64,000 nucleotides of DNA, taken from positions 49,104 to 113,103 of the IMG/VR virus record IMGVR_UViG_3300049460_000196; one strand, given 5' to 3'. The notes under the pieces were generated by a model. It was not told where the DNA came from. It did no database searches and saw only the letters and a program-made list of their open reading frames with translations. Shown here piece after piece: positions 24,848 to 35,709 of this stretch. Source of the DNA: a virus. A program made the translations under genes and the position numbers. Within the stretch, counting starts at the first letter, position 1. Each line of letters opens with the position of its first letter.

Positions 24848-24918
24848 AGGGTGTCAGATCGTTGATGCTTGCGTGATAGTTGCCTATCCCATGTGGTCCA
24901 ACGATCCAACAAATTTAA

Positions 24919-25231
24919 CAGGATTAGCTGTTTCCCTTTTCATTTAAGCGCACGTCAGGATCCATATACGCCGAGATGGATTACCATCATCATCTAGGTT
25001 TCTGTCTAGCCCATACAGGGTTCTCGTCCCCGACACAGTGTGAAGAACAGGTGGTTTTCACAACCCATTCGATCTTGTCACACGCACAGTTCTCCTCGTC
25101 CTCAACAATCCGCTTCAAAGCCACAGACAACTTCCGGCTCCACGAACTTTCCCACGCTGTCATAGTAGTTGAGGTGGAAAACAACACTTTTAAAGTTGGC
25201 TTTTTTAGTGTGTTTTGCTGTATCTAATCCT
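24919..25231 (-). ncRNA. stem+CAGCAA repeat RNA, copy D (long insert)
   Basis: AGGATTAG/CTAATCCT stem, ATACAGCAA. Confidence 0.65.
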
Positions 25232-25321
25232 ACCAGCGATTTCCGGATTAACGTTGTCGCCAGGTCACTAATATAACGTACTGGTACTCGTGATGCAATA
25301 ACTTTTTGAATTCTTTTTGAA

Positions 25322-25804
25322 TTATTCGGTCTGGCTCTCGTAAGGCATCTTGCCAGCTGCCAGACGGCGCATGATGTGGCGCATTTCAACAGGCTCAAAC
25401 ATGCGATCTTGCGCGTCCAGTGACGCATCCTTGAATGCAGTCATCTTGTACTCTTTGCCGCCCAGGAAGATACGATTCATAGCTCCCTCTGGGTTATTGG
25501 GCAAGTAACGATGCCATACCAGTTTAGTGCCAGTGTCGTCACCAGCAACAACCACGAAGGAGCCAGCTGACGACATATAACCGTCGCGCAGGGCGGCGCC
25601 TATTACAATGTGGGTGAGGCCTTGACGCTCACACAGCGCCTTGACAGCAAGCCAGTGCTTTTCCATCACAGACGAACTGAACTGGAAGCTGTCTGGATGG
25701 CCGTAGAAATAGGAGGTGGGGAAGGTGATGGTTTGGTCACCGATGCCGGTCAATACACGGTTTGGAATTCCGTTCGCATCGTAGGTGATTTTGCGCTTGG
25801 CCAT
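25322..25804 (-). CDS. hypothetical early protein
   Basis: 160 aa, GGAG RBS, promoter upstream. Confidence 0.7.
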   Translation of the reverse strand: MAKRKITYDANGIPNRVLTGIGDQTITFPTSYFYGHPDSFQFSSSVMEKHWLAVKALCERQGLTHIVIGAALRDGYMSSAGSFVVVAGDDTGTKLVWHRYLPNNPEGAMNRIFLGGKEYKMTAFKDASLDAQDRMFEPVEMRHIMRRLAAGKMPYESQTE

Positions 25805-25833
25805 TCATTGCTCCGTTGTGTTCAGATGTTCCT

Positions 25834-25862
25834 ATTATAGACACAAATGAACAAAGGATCAA
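25834..25862 (-). promoter_or_regulatory. sigma70-like early promoter
   Basis: TTGATC-17nt-TATAAT, TGTTCAT in spacer. Confidence 0.75.
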
Positions 25863-26786
25863 CTAGAAGGACCAGGTTTGTCCAACCAATTTTGCAAGCC
25901 AGACGTGACATTCACGCGCCAGACCAACCTCCATGGCATCGATCATCTTTTGCATATGAGCATCGCCGTGCTGTTCACGGAAATATGCAAACACATCAGC
26001 TTTGCGGATCAATGAGTAGTATTCGCCGCTTCCAAGATGATTTTTACTGTCTTTCAAGGCCGCAAAGCGCTGAGCCCATTCGCTTACGGGCAATAGCGAA
26101 ATCTTACCGGTTATGATATACTGAGCAATTAATTCAGAGAAACAATCAGCTGTATTGTTTAACGCAATCTTACGGGCGCACCTGGTATTTTGCAGCACCA
26201 TCAGGGTTGGTCGCCATGCATCTGGATACATATCGCACTCTTCTGGCGGGCTCTCAAATTCTGCCTGTCGAGCTTTTCCAGTTTCAATTTCATAACGATA
26301 CTGCCGTGGTTGGCCATCTGAGGCTAGCTGACAATATTCGATCATACATTCACGTACTACTTGAAAGACATGACCATTCTCCAGACGGCGACCGATAGCT
26401 TGGTTGGGGCGATAGATTAAGTTCAGATGCCCAATACGATGGGCCAGCATCCATGCTGTGAACGGCATGTAATTGCTTATGCCCGTTATATTATTGCAAT
26501 AAATGAGCTGAATACTGTTGGGGGCTTCCTGCTGTTGTTCAAGTTCAGCAGCTTTGAAGAACTCGTGATCAAGGCCCATCATGGCCTTGTTGTTTGCCAA
26601 CGGATGAATTTTGAAGCGAAAATCGAAGGGAGTTTTGTTAAACGAACTGAGAATCTTTGCTCTCCCAGAGCTAGATACTATGGGCAGTATGTCGTCAGTT
26701 GTAAGCTGGGCGGAGCTCATCTTACCATCTTCCCGGTAACGAGGAGTGTTTATTTCACCACATACTTGTAAGGACGATATGCTCAT
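25863..26786 (-). CDS. hypothetical protein
   Basis: 307 aa ORF with AHRIGH segment. Confidence 0.7.
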   Translation of the reverse strand: MSISSLQVCGEINTPRYREDGKMSSAQLTTDDILPIVSSSGRAKILSSFNKTPFDFRFKIHPLANNKAMMGLDHEFFKAAELEQQQEAPNSIQLIYCNNITGISNYMPFTAWMLAHRIGHLNLIYRPNQAIGRRLENGHVFQVVRECMIEYCQLASDGQPRQYRYEIETGKARQAEFESPPEECDMYPDAWRPTLMVLQNTRCARKIALNNTADCFSELIAQYIITGKISLLPVSEWAQRFAALKDSKNHLGSGEYYSLIRKADVFAYFREQHGDAHMQKMIDAMEVGLARECHVWLAKLVGQTWSF

Positions 26787-26895
26787 AAGCGACTTTCATT
26801 TAAGATATGCCATTATAGCAAGATCTCATAATCAAGTCAACAAATGAAAAAGCCCCAGGAATTCCTGGGGCTGATGATCCGAAGATCAGTACAGC

Positions 26896-27342
26896 TTAGA
26901 AGCCGTAACGAACGCCGACAGCAACTTGATTGCCGCCCAGAGCGCGGATTTGGCTTTCGGTACGCAGGTAACCGTATTCACCAACAACGCTGACATGCTT
27001 GGTCAGTGGGTAAGCGGCTTCCAGAGCCACTTTCGCACCGTAGCCATTCAGACCCTTGGTTGCATCCAGGTAATTGACACCAGCTTTGGCGGTCACGACA
27101 GTCGAACCCAGTTTTGCTACCGGATAGCCAACAGCTACACCATAGTTGGTTACACGGTGGGTACCAGTAACATCACGGGTGACCGATGCTTCGCCTTTCA
27201 GCGGGCCAAAGGTTTCACCAACGACAACACCAGCGTTGTTGGTTTCGGTACCGTAGTTACGACCACCAACAGCGGTCAGTTCGGTTGCGGATGCTGCGGT
27301 TGCAGCCAGGATCAGGGCGGTTGCCAGAATAGTTTTAGTCAT
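26896..27342 (-). CDS. small outer-membrane beta-barrel protein
   Basis: signal peptide, amphipathic strands, C-terminal VGVRYGF. Confidence 0.8.
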   Translation of the reverse strand: MTKTILATALILAATAASATELTAVGGRNYGTETNNAGVVVGETFGPLKGEASVTRDVTGTHRVTNYGVAVGYPVAKLGSTVVTAKAGVNYLDATKGLNGYGAKVALEAAYPLTKHVSVVGEYGYLRTESQIRALGGNQVAVGVRYGF

Positions 27343-27469
27343 TTTGTAGTTTCCTATTGTACGGCTGAAGCTAATCTTCAGCACGGCCATCATTGTACTG
27401 GTCTGGCCCTAATAGTCAAAATAATAATGGCGAGGATCTCCTCGCCATTTTGTTACAGCATGTTACTTA

Positions 27470-29074
27470 TTACTTGAACACAGCAACACTAGCCTTGACA
27501 TTGAGACCAATATCATTGACCTTGTCAACAATCTCACCATCACGGAAGCCAACAATATTGAGTACCTTGTAATAGCCTTTGCTCGCCTGGGTTTGATCAT
27601 GGAAACATTCATGAGTGGTATTCAATTCACCCATCCAATTCTTCGACGGTCCACTGCTAGCCAGGAAGGTAATGCGCTCATCATCCACCTTCATACACAC
27701 CAAAATCGTCTCGTCATGTGGGGCCCACTCACTTGCGGCAGTCTTGATGTCAACCACTCGTTTACCATAAAGAACCATGGTGGCGGGCAAAATGGCCCAA
27801 CCCTTACTCCGACGATAATCAGCCATCGAATTGCGAGCTTCATCCACTTCCTGATCTTCACTGACACTTTGGACTAATACGTGACGACCTGGTGGCAAAT
27901 TGCATTCTTCCACTATTGGATCCATATCATCAGTCTCAAACACATAGACAGTTGCTCCAACGGGCTTCTGCTCATCAAAGACCGTAGGCGATGGAGTATG
28001 ACCTTCAGCCATTGATTTCACGGAAGCAGACGGCATACCACCAATCATAGCACTATAGACAGCCGCCGCACAACGACGTAACTCTGAACTTGAGAAACCA
28101 CCCATCGACAACGCACCACGCAAAGCCTCAGCACCCTTACCAAGCTGTGTCTGACTAGGCGTCAACTTCACCATCTTCTCTGGTGTCGCAACCATGACAT
28201 CCTCGTCAATTGCCTGACCTTTCCTCATAGCATCTAATGCGGAAAGAATGGCAGTATGTTCTGCTTGTACTTGTGGATCAAAGTAATCACGATAACATCC
28301 AGAACCAATATCTGAATGTACAACCGGCGGCATTTGACCCGACCGAATCGCATTAGCGGCCATGGCCATCATCGCCGAATCCGGACCATTCCAACGCTCG
28401 TCTGGATCATCATACTCAGGATCATAGTCAGCTGCAAGCTTGGCATAGTTGCCCAAGAATGTATCAATACGGTCAGCCAAATCCTGACCGGCTATTGACT
28501 CATCAACAATGGCAGCTTCTGGAGCCACAGCACCTGCCATAAAATCTTCATCAGTGGTCTTTGGTAACTTGTCATTGTAGAACGTACCAACACCATCCAT
28601 AAACGAACCCACCTTCTCACCCTGCGCATTCAGGGCAATATAGCAACGCGATCCAATACCCACAGGATCACGCTCAATAGTGAAACCATAATGATCGCAC
28701 ATATGACGGAAGGCAGCAGTGGTATGAGTGGTGGTGAATCGACCAACCTGATAGGTGTTTTCCATGGACTCCTTGACACTCGGCTGCAAATCCTCAACAG
28801 TTACATTACCTGGTGTAATCTTGGCCTTGTAATGATACCAAATATGATTGAACGTTTCCTCATCAGGAAAGTACATGCAGGTATCCTCAACATCCAATGC
28901 AACACCATCACGCTTGGCCGCAATATCACGAACTTTATTCGCCAACTCCGCATTGGCAAACTTCAAATACTTGGTGTAACGAACACCAGCATCCTCGATA
29001 ATCTGATTGGCTTCATCCGACTCATAAATGGATGACTCAATCTCACGAAGACTCTCTTGAATTGTTTTATACAT
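27470..29074 (-). CDS. hypothetical protein (possible virion/internal protein)
   Basis: 534 aa acidic ORF downstream of a late-type gene. Confidence 0.7.
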   Translation of the reverse strand: MYKTIQESLREIESSIYESDEANQIIEDAGVRYTKYLKFANAELANKVRDIAAKRDGVALDVEDTCMYFPDEETFNHIWYHYKAKITPGNVTVEDLQPSVKESMENTYQVGRFTTTHTTAAFRHMCDHYGFTIERDPVGIGSRCYIALNAQGEKVGSFMDGVGTFYNDKLPKTTDEDFMAGAVAPEAAIVDESIAGQDLADRIDTFLGNYAKLAADYDPEYDDPDERWNGPDSAMMAMAANAIRSGQMPPVVHSDIGSGCYRDYFDPQVQAEHTAILSALDAMRKGQAIDEDVMVATPEKMVKLTPSQTQLGKGAEALRGALSMGGFSSSELRRCAAAVYSAMIGGMPSASVKSMAEGHTPSPTVFDEQKPVGATVYVFETDDMDPIVEECNLPPGRHVLVQSVSEDQEVDEARNSMADYRRSKGWAILPATMVLYGKRVVDIKTAASEWAPHDETILVCMKVDDERITFLASSGPSKNWMGELNTTHECFHDQTQASKGYYKVLNIVGFRDGEIVDKVNDIGLNVKASVAVFK

Positions 29075-29082
29075 GTTTCCCC

Positions 29083-29562
29083 CTAGAAACCATTATCTGT
29101 GATTTTAGTATGCTCCGGAATACTTGATACAATGAATAACGAATTATCCGTCAGATCACCAACTCTCTTGTAGGTGGGATACTTGGTCAATAGCGAACTG
29201 ACTAGACGACGATACAACGATTGACGGCTAACCTCATCAGCACTAAATGCCAAATACTCAGGCTTCACGGCAATCATAAACTCATCAATGACCCGCAACA
29301 CACAAGCGAATACCTGAGCAGCATTCCCGGTATTGGTAACGCTAGTATCAAACACTTGACCAGATGCAGACTCAACCAATAACTCGAAACGGACATCCCA
29401 TCCAGGACCAAACTCAGTCAAGTTCTCATCATCCCGGCTAAACGTAATCTGATACCGCTTATCAGTTACCTGAAACGCAGCAACATGACGCTTCGATGTG
29501 CTGACCTCCCACGTATACGGAACACGACTGTCAAATAACTCCAAGAGAGAACTATACCTCAT
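29083..29562 (-). CDS. hypothetical late protein
   Basis: MRYSSLLE start, TATAAATA upstream. Confidence 0.7.
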   Translation of the reverse strand: MRYSSLLELFDSRVPYTWEVSTSKRHVAAFQVTDKRYQITFSRDDENLTEFGPGWDVRFELLVESASGQVFDTSVTNTGNAAQVFACVLRVIDEFMIAVKPEYLAFSADEVSRQSLYRRLVSSLLTKYPTYKRVGDLTDNSLFIVSSIPEHTKITDNGF

Positions 29563-29602
29563 AAATATCCCCAATTAACAACATACTTAAAAGGGTATTT
29601 AT

Positions 29603-30112
29603 ATGCGTGGCGATATCGTGGCAATGCTCCACTACGAAGCAAAAGTGAAACCTGAAGTCAAAAAATTGGTCGACAATATAATGAACATGACCACTCAAGA
29701 CATCGAAAACGCCCAAGTACCACTGCCCTGGTACAGACAAGCCCTCCTGATCCTGAAAAACAGAACCACAATCCAATCAACTATTACATTCGGGGAAAAT
29801 GCAGATCCCTTGGGATGGATCGCAAGATGGCATGACGTGGACTCCGACCTGATGATCGATCGAAATAACACAATTGAAATAAAAACTAATACCCTGGTAT
29901 GGTTCCCAGACTCAGGTGGCGTCTGGATCGAATCACTGTTCAGCCAAATAATCGACCCACGACTCTCAACACTACATCAAACCGAAATCCTAACAAAGAG
30001 CCAATACATGATACGATACCGCGAACGACTCAACGGCCTCGTACCAGAATCAATCATCGACCTCACAAACGGTGCCAGCACAGCTCCAAGATTCACTATC
30101 ACACGACACTAA
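29603..30112 (+). CDS. hypothetical protein
   Basis: 169 aa ORF. Confidence 0.6.
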   Translation: MRGDIVAMLHYEAKVKPEVKKLVDNIMNMTTQDIENAQVPLPWYRQALLILKNRTTIQSTITFGENADPLGWIARWHDVDSDLMIDRNNTIEIKTNTLVWFPDSGGVWIESLFSQIIDPRLSTLHQTEILTKSQYMIRYRERLNGLVPESIIDLTNGASTAPRFTITRH

Positions 30113-30124
30113 ATCGTCACACAA

Positions 30125-30616
30125 TCAACGAACACGAGTCAACATCGCACCTACATCATCCACCGGACCACGCCACAACCATACACGATCCCTGGTACTA
30201 ATGAGACCAGGTAACCCCAACTCCAACACCCGCTTGGTGAAATCAACAAATAAACTAGGCAACCAACTCCACTGATTACCCGGAATACTCTCCCCAATAC
30301 CAGGTAATTCACTCATCTCCTGATACGCTGAAGTGACATTGCATGCACCAAAGGGAATCAAATACTCCTCAGGTCCATAATTACGAGTTACATATAATAT
30401 CTCCCACTCCTGACGAAACCTCTTATCCACTACCATACGCAACTCAATACGAGGAACAGGCAAACCACTTCCATCCTCACAACGATGACGACACCACGAC
30501 CAATCACGATCATCTATCAACTTGTCCCGTCTCGCTATCTCATTCCGTAATCCCTCCAACTCCTGATCACGTATGTCCATCAACTCCTGCATACGAGCTA
30601 ATACCCTATCACTCAC
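30125..30616 (-). CDS. hypothetical protein
   Basis: 163 aa ORF. Confidence 0.6.
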   Translation of the reverse strand: MSDRVLARMQELMDIRDQELEGLRNEIARRDKLIDDRDWSWCRHRCEDGSGLPVPRIELRMVVDKRFRQEWEILYVTRNYGPEEYLIPFGACNVTSAYQEMSELPGIGESIPGNQWSWLPSLFVDFTKRVLELGLPGLISTRDRVWLWRGPVDDVGAMLTRVR

Positions 30617-30789
30617 ACTATACCCCCTTGTAAAAACTTACTCACCTATTGCCATATGATTAATACCTTCATGAGGAAGGAAGAGATCATGAAATATGAT
30701 TCTTGAAGAATTATGTCAGAAATGACACACCTGATGTCGTAAACTCCAGGTAGGTATTTCAAAACTTGATCGATTTCTGCTTGATTTCG

Positions 30790-32272
30790 TCAAGAATCAC
30801 AAAAATGCAGTTTCCTAAATTTCGCGTCAGGCTTGTTATGGCACATGCGAATCGTCCATTCGCCCATAGCGTCTTTCCTTATCAACTTGTGATAACTTAC
30901 CTTAATCATATCCCCACCAACTTCCACATAGACGCGATATCGCTCACTCGCGAACTTCTCCATGGCCATACATGCTTCTGTGAACTGAACCAGTCCCAGG
31001 TGTAAGTGCATGAACTCTTCATCCTCCAGCATGGTGTCAGGAAACGACAGTCGGTGGTCGCATTTGAGTTTTTCGTGCCAGGTGCGAGGTGGCTTAGGAT
31101 CGAAGATTGAAGGCGATTCTGGCCAGCGGCCATTCGATAAGCGTTTGTATGTCATGTTGATAATGGTACACTGCTGTTCATCTATGTGCAAGCCTAGTCG
31201 TAAAAAAGCCCACACGATGTGGGCTTACTGGGAGTCATCCAGCAGTCGTTTGACTTACTGGTGACCTCTGGTGACGTCCGTGGCGACATCCAGCATCTGG
31301 AGATCGTGGCCGTATTCTGGACGGATAACATTCATGCCATCGCGAGTCCATTCCACTTCTTTACCATTGACCGTGCCATACACGGAAGTGGCATTGAAGC
31401 CCAGGATTGTCGGCCGGCCACCACCACGAGTTACTACTGGGTGGCCTTGCTGCCAGAGCAAAAGATCGAACGGTGCGTTCATGATTAGTTGATCGTCCGT
31501 TTGATTGGATTGACTGGTACTGAGTTTGGTGCATGCGAAGCCTCGTAGGCTTCGCAGCGTTTTGCAAGCTGCGAATAGTAGTCGGCTTTGGCGTTGGCCT
31601 CGCGTTCCATCTTGTAGATGGATTCCAGACTTACCACCAGGCCGGTGCGCTCGCGGAAGTTGGTCTGGATCGCATCCAGCAGCCGAGCTTCAAATCGCGT
31701 GTAGCCTTCTTCCGTGATCTTGAACGCATCGTGTTGGCGTTCGTTTGCCGTCACAGCGTCTGTGATGAAAAATAACCAGCCGTCGTTCGGGTTGATCGTG
31801 CCCGTATAACGAGCGACCATGCCGATGTCGCGGGCATCAACGTGCATGTTGCCCGAAACTTCGTGGTTGTTCAGGTTGAAGAAGGTATCGTGAAAACGCT
31901 TGGCCAGCTCTTGAATGCGAATCATAGCATTGTTCCTTGTTGTTTACCAATAACGCAATGGTAACACCAAATGGTTAAAAAGCAAACAGCTGATATTCAG
32001 TTGTGGTTTGCCACACTAACCAGAACATGACGATTCAATATATCCATTAGTAAACCCACATACGAGCCATATTTTTGACGAGCATGGCTGTGGTTGATTG
32101 GATAGGCGCGATGAATCAAGCGCACATGGGCGCGATATTGTTCAGCACAGCAATGGCGGAAAATTTCCTTGCTGTCAGCCATAGTGACTCCTGGTATGTC
32201 GTCTCCGTTGTAGATTGCACGGAACAACAGCAGGATGCGATCGTCATATGGTGACGGCAGGTCAACGTTCAT
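30790..32272 (-). other. four hypothetical ORFs (30790-31155, 31255-31482, 31485-31925, 31997-32272)
   Basis: co-directional, closely spaced ORFs. Confidence 0.6.
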
Positions 32273-33111
32273 TTATGATTCCAATGCAATTTTGTGGTCA
32301 GCAGGTCGAAGAAGTTCCACTCTGGGGCATGAAGGAGGGTGACTTTCTTTTCCAGGCGGTTCACTTCAACGGTATATTGGGTTGCATCGTCAGGCCAACA
32401 TTGCTCGATATTGACGCCGTCTGCCTTGATAGACAGGTCTCGGCCCGGCTTGCGCTTTACTTGGACCTTGATCGTATTCTTGCCACCTACCACCATAGGG
32501 CGAGCACTCATGCTCATTGCGGCCAAGTGTATGATTTCTACAACATCAAGATCTGGTTCAATTATAGCACCACCACTGAATAACGCATAAGCGGTCGATC
32601 CTGTCGGCGTGGAGATGATTACGCCGTTGCTTTTGTGATTGCCCGCATAAGAGTCGCCCACATGAAGATCGTAGTCCACGATCGAGTCGCTGTAACGGTC
32701 ACTAACCACGATTTCATTCATAGCCACATACTCTTTGCCGCAAATGTTCACGGTGAGCAGTGTGCGACGATCTCGCTTGAAAGCTTGTGGATTGCGCAGC
32801 CGTTCAAAGAACTTGTGCGAGTCTTCACGGTCAAGCGGCAACAGGTCAGTGAGGAAGCCCAAGTTGCCAATGTTCACGCCGATGATTGGAATATCCAGCT
32901 CGACTGCTTTCTTGGCTGCAACCAGAACCGTACCATCGCCGCCGATGGGGATCATGACGGTATGGGCTGAATCGGTTACTTGATCGAGATCGCGGATTAC
33001 TTGGAATCCATGAATCTTTGCATGACGTTCGAGGTCATCTGCAATGCGTAGCGAATCTTCGACGCGATTGCCGCCGACTTTTGTTTGTATCAGTATTGTG
33101 GTGAATGTCAT
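32269..33111 (-). CDS. nadK: NAD kinase
   Basis: IGGDGT, GNLGFL, NE and STPTGSTAY motifs. Confidence 0.93.
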   Translation of the reverse strand: MTFTTILIQTKVGGNRVEDSLRIADDLERHAKIHGFQVIRDLDQVTDSAHTVMIPIGGDGTVLVAAKKAVELDIPIIGVNIGNLGFLTDLLPLDREDSHKFFERLRNPQAFKRDRRTLLTVNICGKEYVAMNEIVVSDRYSDSIVDYDLHVGDSYAGNHKSNGVIISTPTGSTAYALFSGGAIIEPDLDVVEIIHLAAMSMSARPMVVGGKNTIKVQVKRKPGRDLSIKADGVNIEQCWPDDATQYTVEVNRLEKKVTLLHAPEWNFFDLLTTKLHWNHK

Positions 33112-33173
33112 GATGACCTCATAAAAAATCCTTGTTCATTATAACACGAACAAGGATTTGGTTCAATGCCGTT

Positions 33174-33548
33174 TTACCAGTCCCAAGTCCAACGGCCAAT
33201 CAGTTCCAACATGGCTTCTTCCATACAGGCATTCACATCGTCTTGTGTGAACTTATGCTTACCTGAGTCTGCCTTATCTTGCAAGCGCTCTATGATGTCA
33301 TCAATGCTTTTGGATTGATGACGGTCGATATCAAAATCATCGTACGGCGAATCAAAGATACAGCTTGCATGGTTGAGTGGAACCTCGCTGTCGTCGACAT
33401 CACGCCGCCAGTCGTCTGGAGCCAGCAGGAAAGTGCGCCACCGTTCAGCGAGTGGATGATCTTTATTGGTGATGAAGGTGTACCAATCAGTCTTGATTGT
33501 TGAAGCAGATTTGACGTATTCGTGAATACGAGTTTCAATTTCGTTCAT
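33174..33548 (-). CDS. hypothetical protein, paralog of 33604..33975
   Basis: shared RWxxFLxAPxDWR, FDSPYD and NACxEEA. Confidence 0.75.
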   Translation of the reverse strand: MNEIETRIHEYVKSASTIKTDWYTFITNKDHPLAERWRTFLLAPDDWRRDVDDSEVPLNHASCIFDSPYDDFDIDRHQSKSIDDIIERLQDKADSGKHKFTQDDVNACMEEAMLELIGRWTWDW

Positions 33549-33603
33549 GTTATTGTTATTATGGTGAACGTTAAAAAGCCCGGACCAGCCGGGCGCTTAC
33601 GGG

Positions 33604-33975
33604 TTACTGATCGTAAAACCAGGAACCCAGATTCTTTTTGATTGCTTCTTCCTTGCAAGCGTTCAGTTCTATCTCCGTGAATTCGCCGTCTTCAACGAAC
33701 TCTTCCAGCTTGTCGAAAAGCTCTTTGACAGTCATGGTCTGTTCCAGGTCCATATGGAAGTGATCATACGGGCTGTCGAACTTCTTGTAGGCAGTTGGCA
33801 ATGGAACACCGCCGTCGCTGTGTTTTTTGCGCCAATCAGATGGTGCTGCCAGGAACGCTTCCCAACGATCATCCAGCGGTTGTTTCTTGTCGTTGATGAA
33901 CTTTGTCCAATCAGGGACAATAGTCTTGCTCAATGCCACGTAAGTGTTGATGCGTTCCAGAACAGTTTGGGTCAT
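33604..33975 (-). CDS. hypothetical protein, paralog of 33174..33548
   Basis: shared motifs with neighbour. Confidence 0.75.
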   Translation of the reverse strand: MTQTVLERINTYVALSKTIVPDWTKFINDKKQPLDDRWEAFLAAPSDWRKKHSDGGVPLPTAYKKFDSPYDHFHMDLEQTMTVKELFDKLEEFVEDGEFTEIELNACKEEAIKKNLGSWFYDQ

Positions 33976-34026
33976 GTTTTGCTTTCGATAGTCACAAAAA
34001 GGGCCACTTGCGTGGCCCCCAAGGTA

Positions 34027-35601
34027 TTACTGATTTGCGCGAGCGCGGACTTCTTCCAGATCGTATTCTTTCAGGATTTGACCGTTGTACCACACGTCTT
34101 GCATGACTTCGGTGTGATCCTCGGTCATGTCTTCGATACGGATGGTCATGTACTCGCCGACCTTGCTTTGCACCACGGTCAAGCGACCTGCTTTGCTACG
34201 CTTACCCGAGTCGGTGATTGGATCCTTGAACACGTCGACCCATACGCCGTCAACTTCGGCCGCGCACGTCTTTTCAGCGAACTTGTAGGTATCGCGGTTG
34301 ACTTGTTGCAGCAGACCACCACCCTGACCGAAGACCATGTTTTCGATCGAGAAGCCGGCCGATTTCACTGCCATGCAAATGCGCTCGAAATCTTCAGGTT
34401 TCGACAAGCCGTCACCTTGCAGGATGCGGACAACGTTCAGGACTTTGTAGCCCTTGCTGTTGACCGTAACGCCGAAGCCTTCTTCGAAGATCTTCAGCAG
34501 TTCCAGGATGACCGTGACTGCGTCGCCGCTGTCTGGACGAACAACCAGCTTGATGCCTTTGTCCAGGATCTTTTGGCGCAGATCGCCTTTCGCGAATTCA
34601 CGTGCCAGGTTGAAGATGTCGTAGCCGTCGCTGACGATCGAGATCAACGTACCGACACCAAAGCGGCCGAATTCGTCGATGATGTCGTTCACGGTTTTCA
34701 GCTCGCCGTCACGACCACGCATGGTCATGATGCTGTGTTCAGTTGCGAACACGCTGTAGGCCGACATTTCGCTGTTGTAGTACGTGTTCGCGAACAGCGC
34801 ACCCGTGATAGTGTCGGTGCCCATTGCACCCGTTGCCAGGTGAGCGGCGCCGCCGATACCAGCCGATACGATGCTCGAAACGCCGCGGGCGCCGAAGTCG
34901 TGGAACATGAACGCAATTGCTTCAGCGATCGACAGATCCGAGGTTTCGCTGATGTACTTCTTCAGGATGTTACGAACGGTCATGGAACGCGACGCAACCG
35001 TCGTTGGGTACCAGACTGCACGCAGCATCGAGGTCTCGAAGTATGCGACCATCCAGGCGAGTTCTGGGTCGGTGCTTTCGATGGTGACCAGCGCATTGCG
35101 GGAGTCGATCACCATACCTTCTGGCAGAGCGCGGATGCGCAGTGGCAGGTGGCCGCCGTAGACGTTGACCACTTTTTCCCAGTCTGCGCGGGGGAAGATT
35201 TCTTTGCCGCCGATGATGTGCTTCTCGAAGAACGCTTCAGCCTGATCGATCATTTCCATGGTGATCGGGCGCAGACGTTTGATCCAGATTTGCAGACCGA
35301 AGAACAGCACTTTCTCCGCAAACGAACGCGGTTCGATGTAGCTGAACGCACCGGTCACGCCCAAACGGCCGTACATTGCTTGGTGGCACAGCTTGTACGA
35401 GTCAACGTCCAGGATGACGTTGTCTTCAGGCTTTTCGATCGTGCGGGGATCACCCAGCAGTTTCAGATCAGCCCACAGTTTAGCGCGACGGATGGAGTCG
35501 GCGATGAACTGGTCAGCTTGTGCTTTAGCGGCATCCAGGGTGGCTACCGATACGGCTTGTTTGGTATAGCTGGTTTCGATTACGTTGTCTTCAGTTTTCA
35601 T
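34027..35601 (-). CDS. nadV: nicotinamide phosphoribosyltransferase
   Basis: DSYK, WYPTTVA, HDFGARG, ATEHS, RPDSGD, QGDG and KDPITD motifs. Confidence 0.95.
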   Translation of the reverse strand: MKTEDNVIETSYTKQAVSVATLDAAKAQADQFIADSIRRAKLWADLKLLGDPRTIEKPEDNVILDVDSYKLCHQAMYGRLGVTGAFSYIEPRSFAEKVLFFGLQIWIKRLRPITMEMIDQAEAFFEKHIIGGKEIFPRADWEKVVNVYGGHLPLRIRALPEGMVIDSRNALVTIESTDPELAWMVAYFETSMLRAVWYPTTVASRSMTVRNILKKYISETSDLSIAEAIAFMFHDFGARGVSSIVSAGIGGAAHLATGAMGTDTITGALFANTYYNSEMSAYSVFATEHSIMTMRGRDGELKTVNDIIDEFGRFGVGTLISIVSDGYDIFNLAREFAKGDLRQKILDKGIKLVVRPDSGDAVTVILELLKIFEEGFGVTVNSKGYKVLNVVRILQGDGLSKPEDFERICMAVKSAGFSIENMVFGQGGGLLQQVNRDTYKFAEKTCAAEVDGVWVDVFKDPITDSGKRSKAGRLTVVQSKVGEYMTIRIEDMTEDHTEVMQDVWYNGQILKEYDLEEVRARANQ

Positions 35602-35624
35602 GATAATTCCTATCAATGTTAAAA

Positions 35625-35647
35625 CCCGACTGGTCTATCCTGTCGGG
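35625..35647 (-). promoter_or_regulatory. GG-ATAGA-CC leader hairpin before nadV
   Basis: motif repeated before three consecutive genes. Confidence 0.55.
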
Positions 35648-35709
35648 GGTGCTACGGTTTAAATTAATGCCATATTGTGGCGCAATGGCTTCTACGAGTC
35701 AAGCACTGA

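Noticed and set aside
24340-25231. 16S rRNA 790-region-like words (GATAGCCTAGTAGTCC; AGGATTAGATAC)
   Set aside because: Short matches, one overlapping the repeat stem and CAGCAA motif; could be chance
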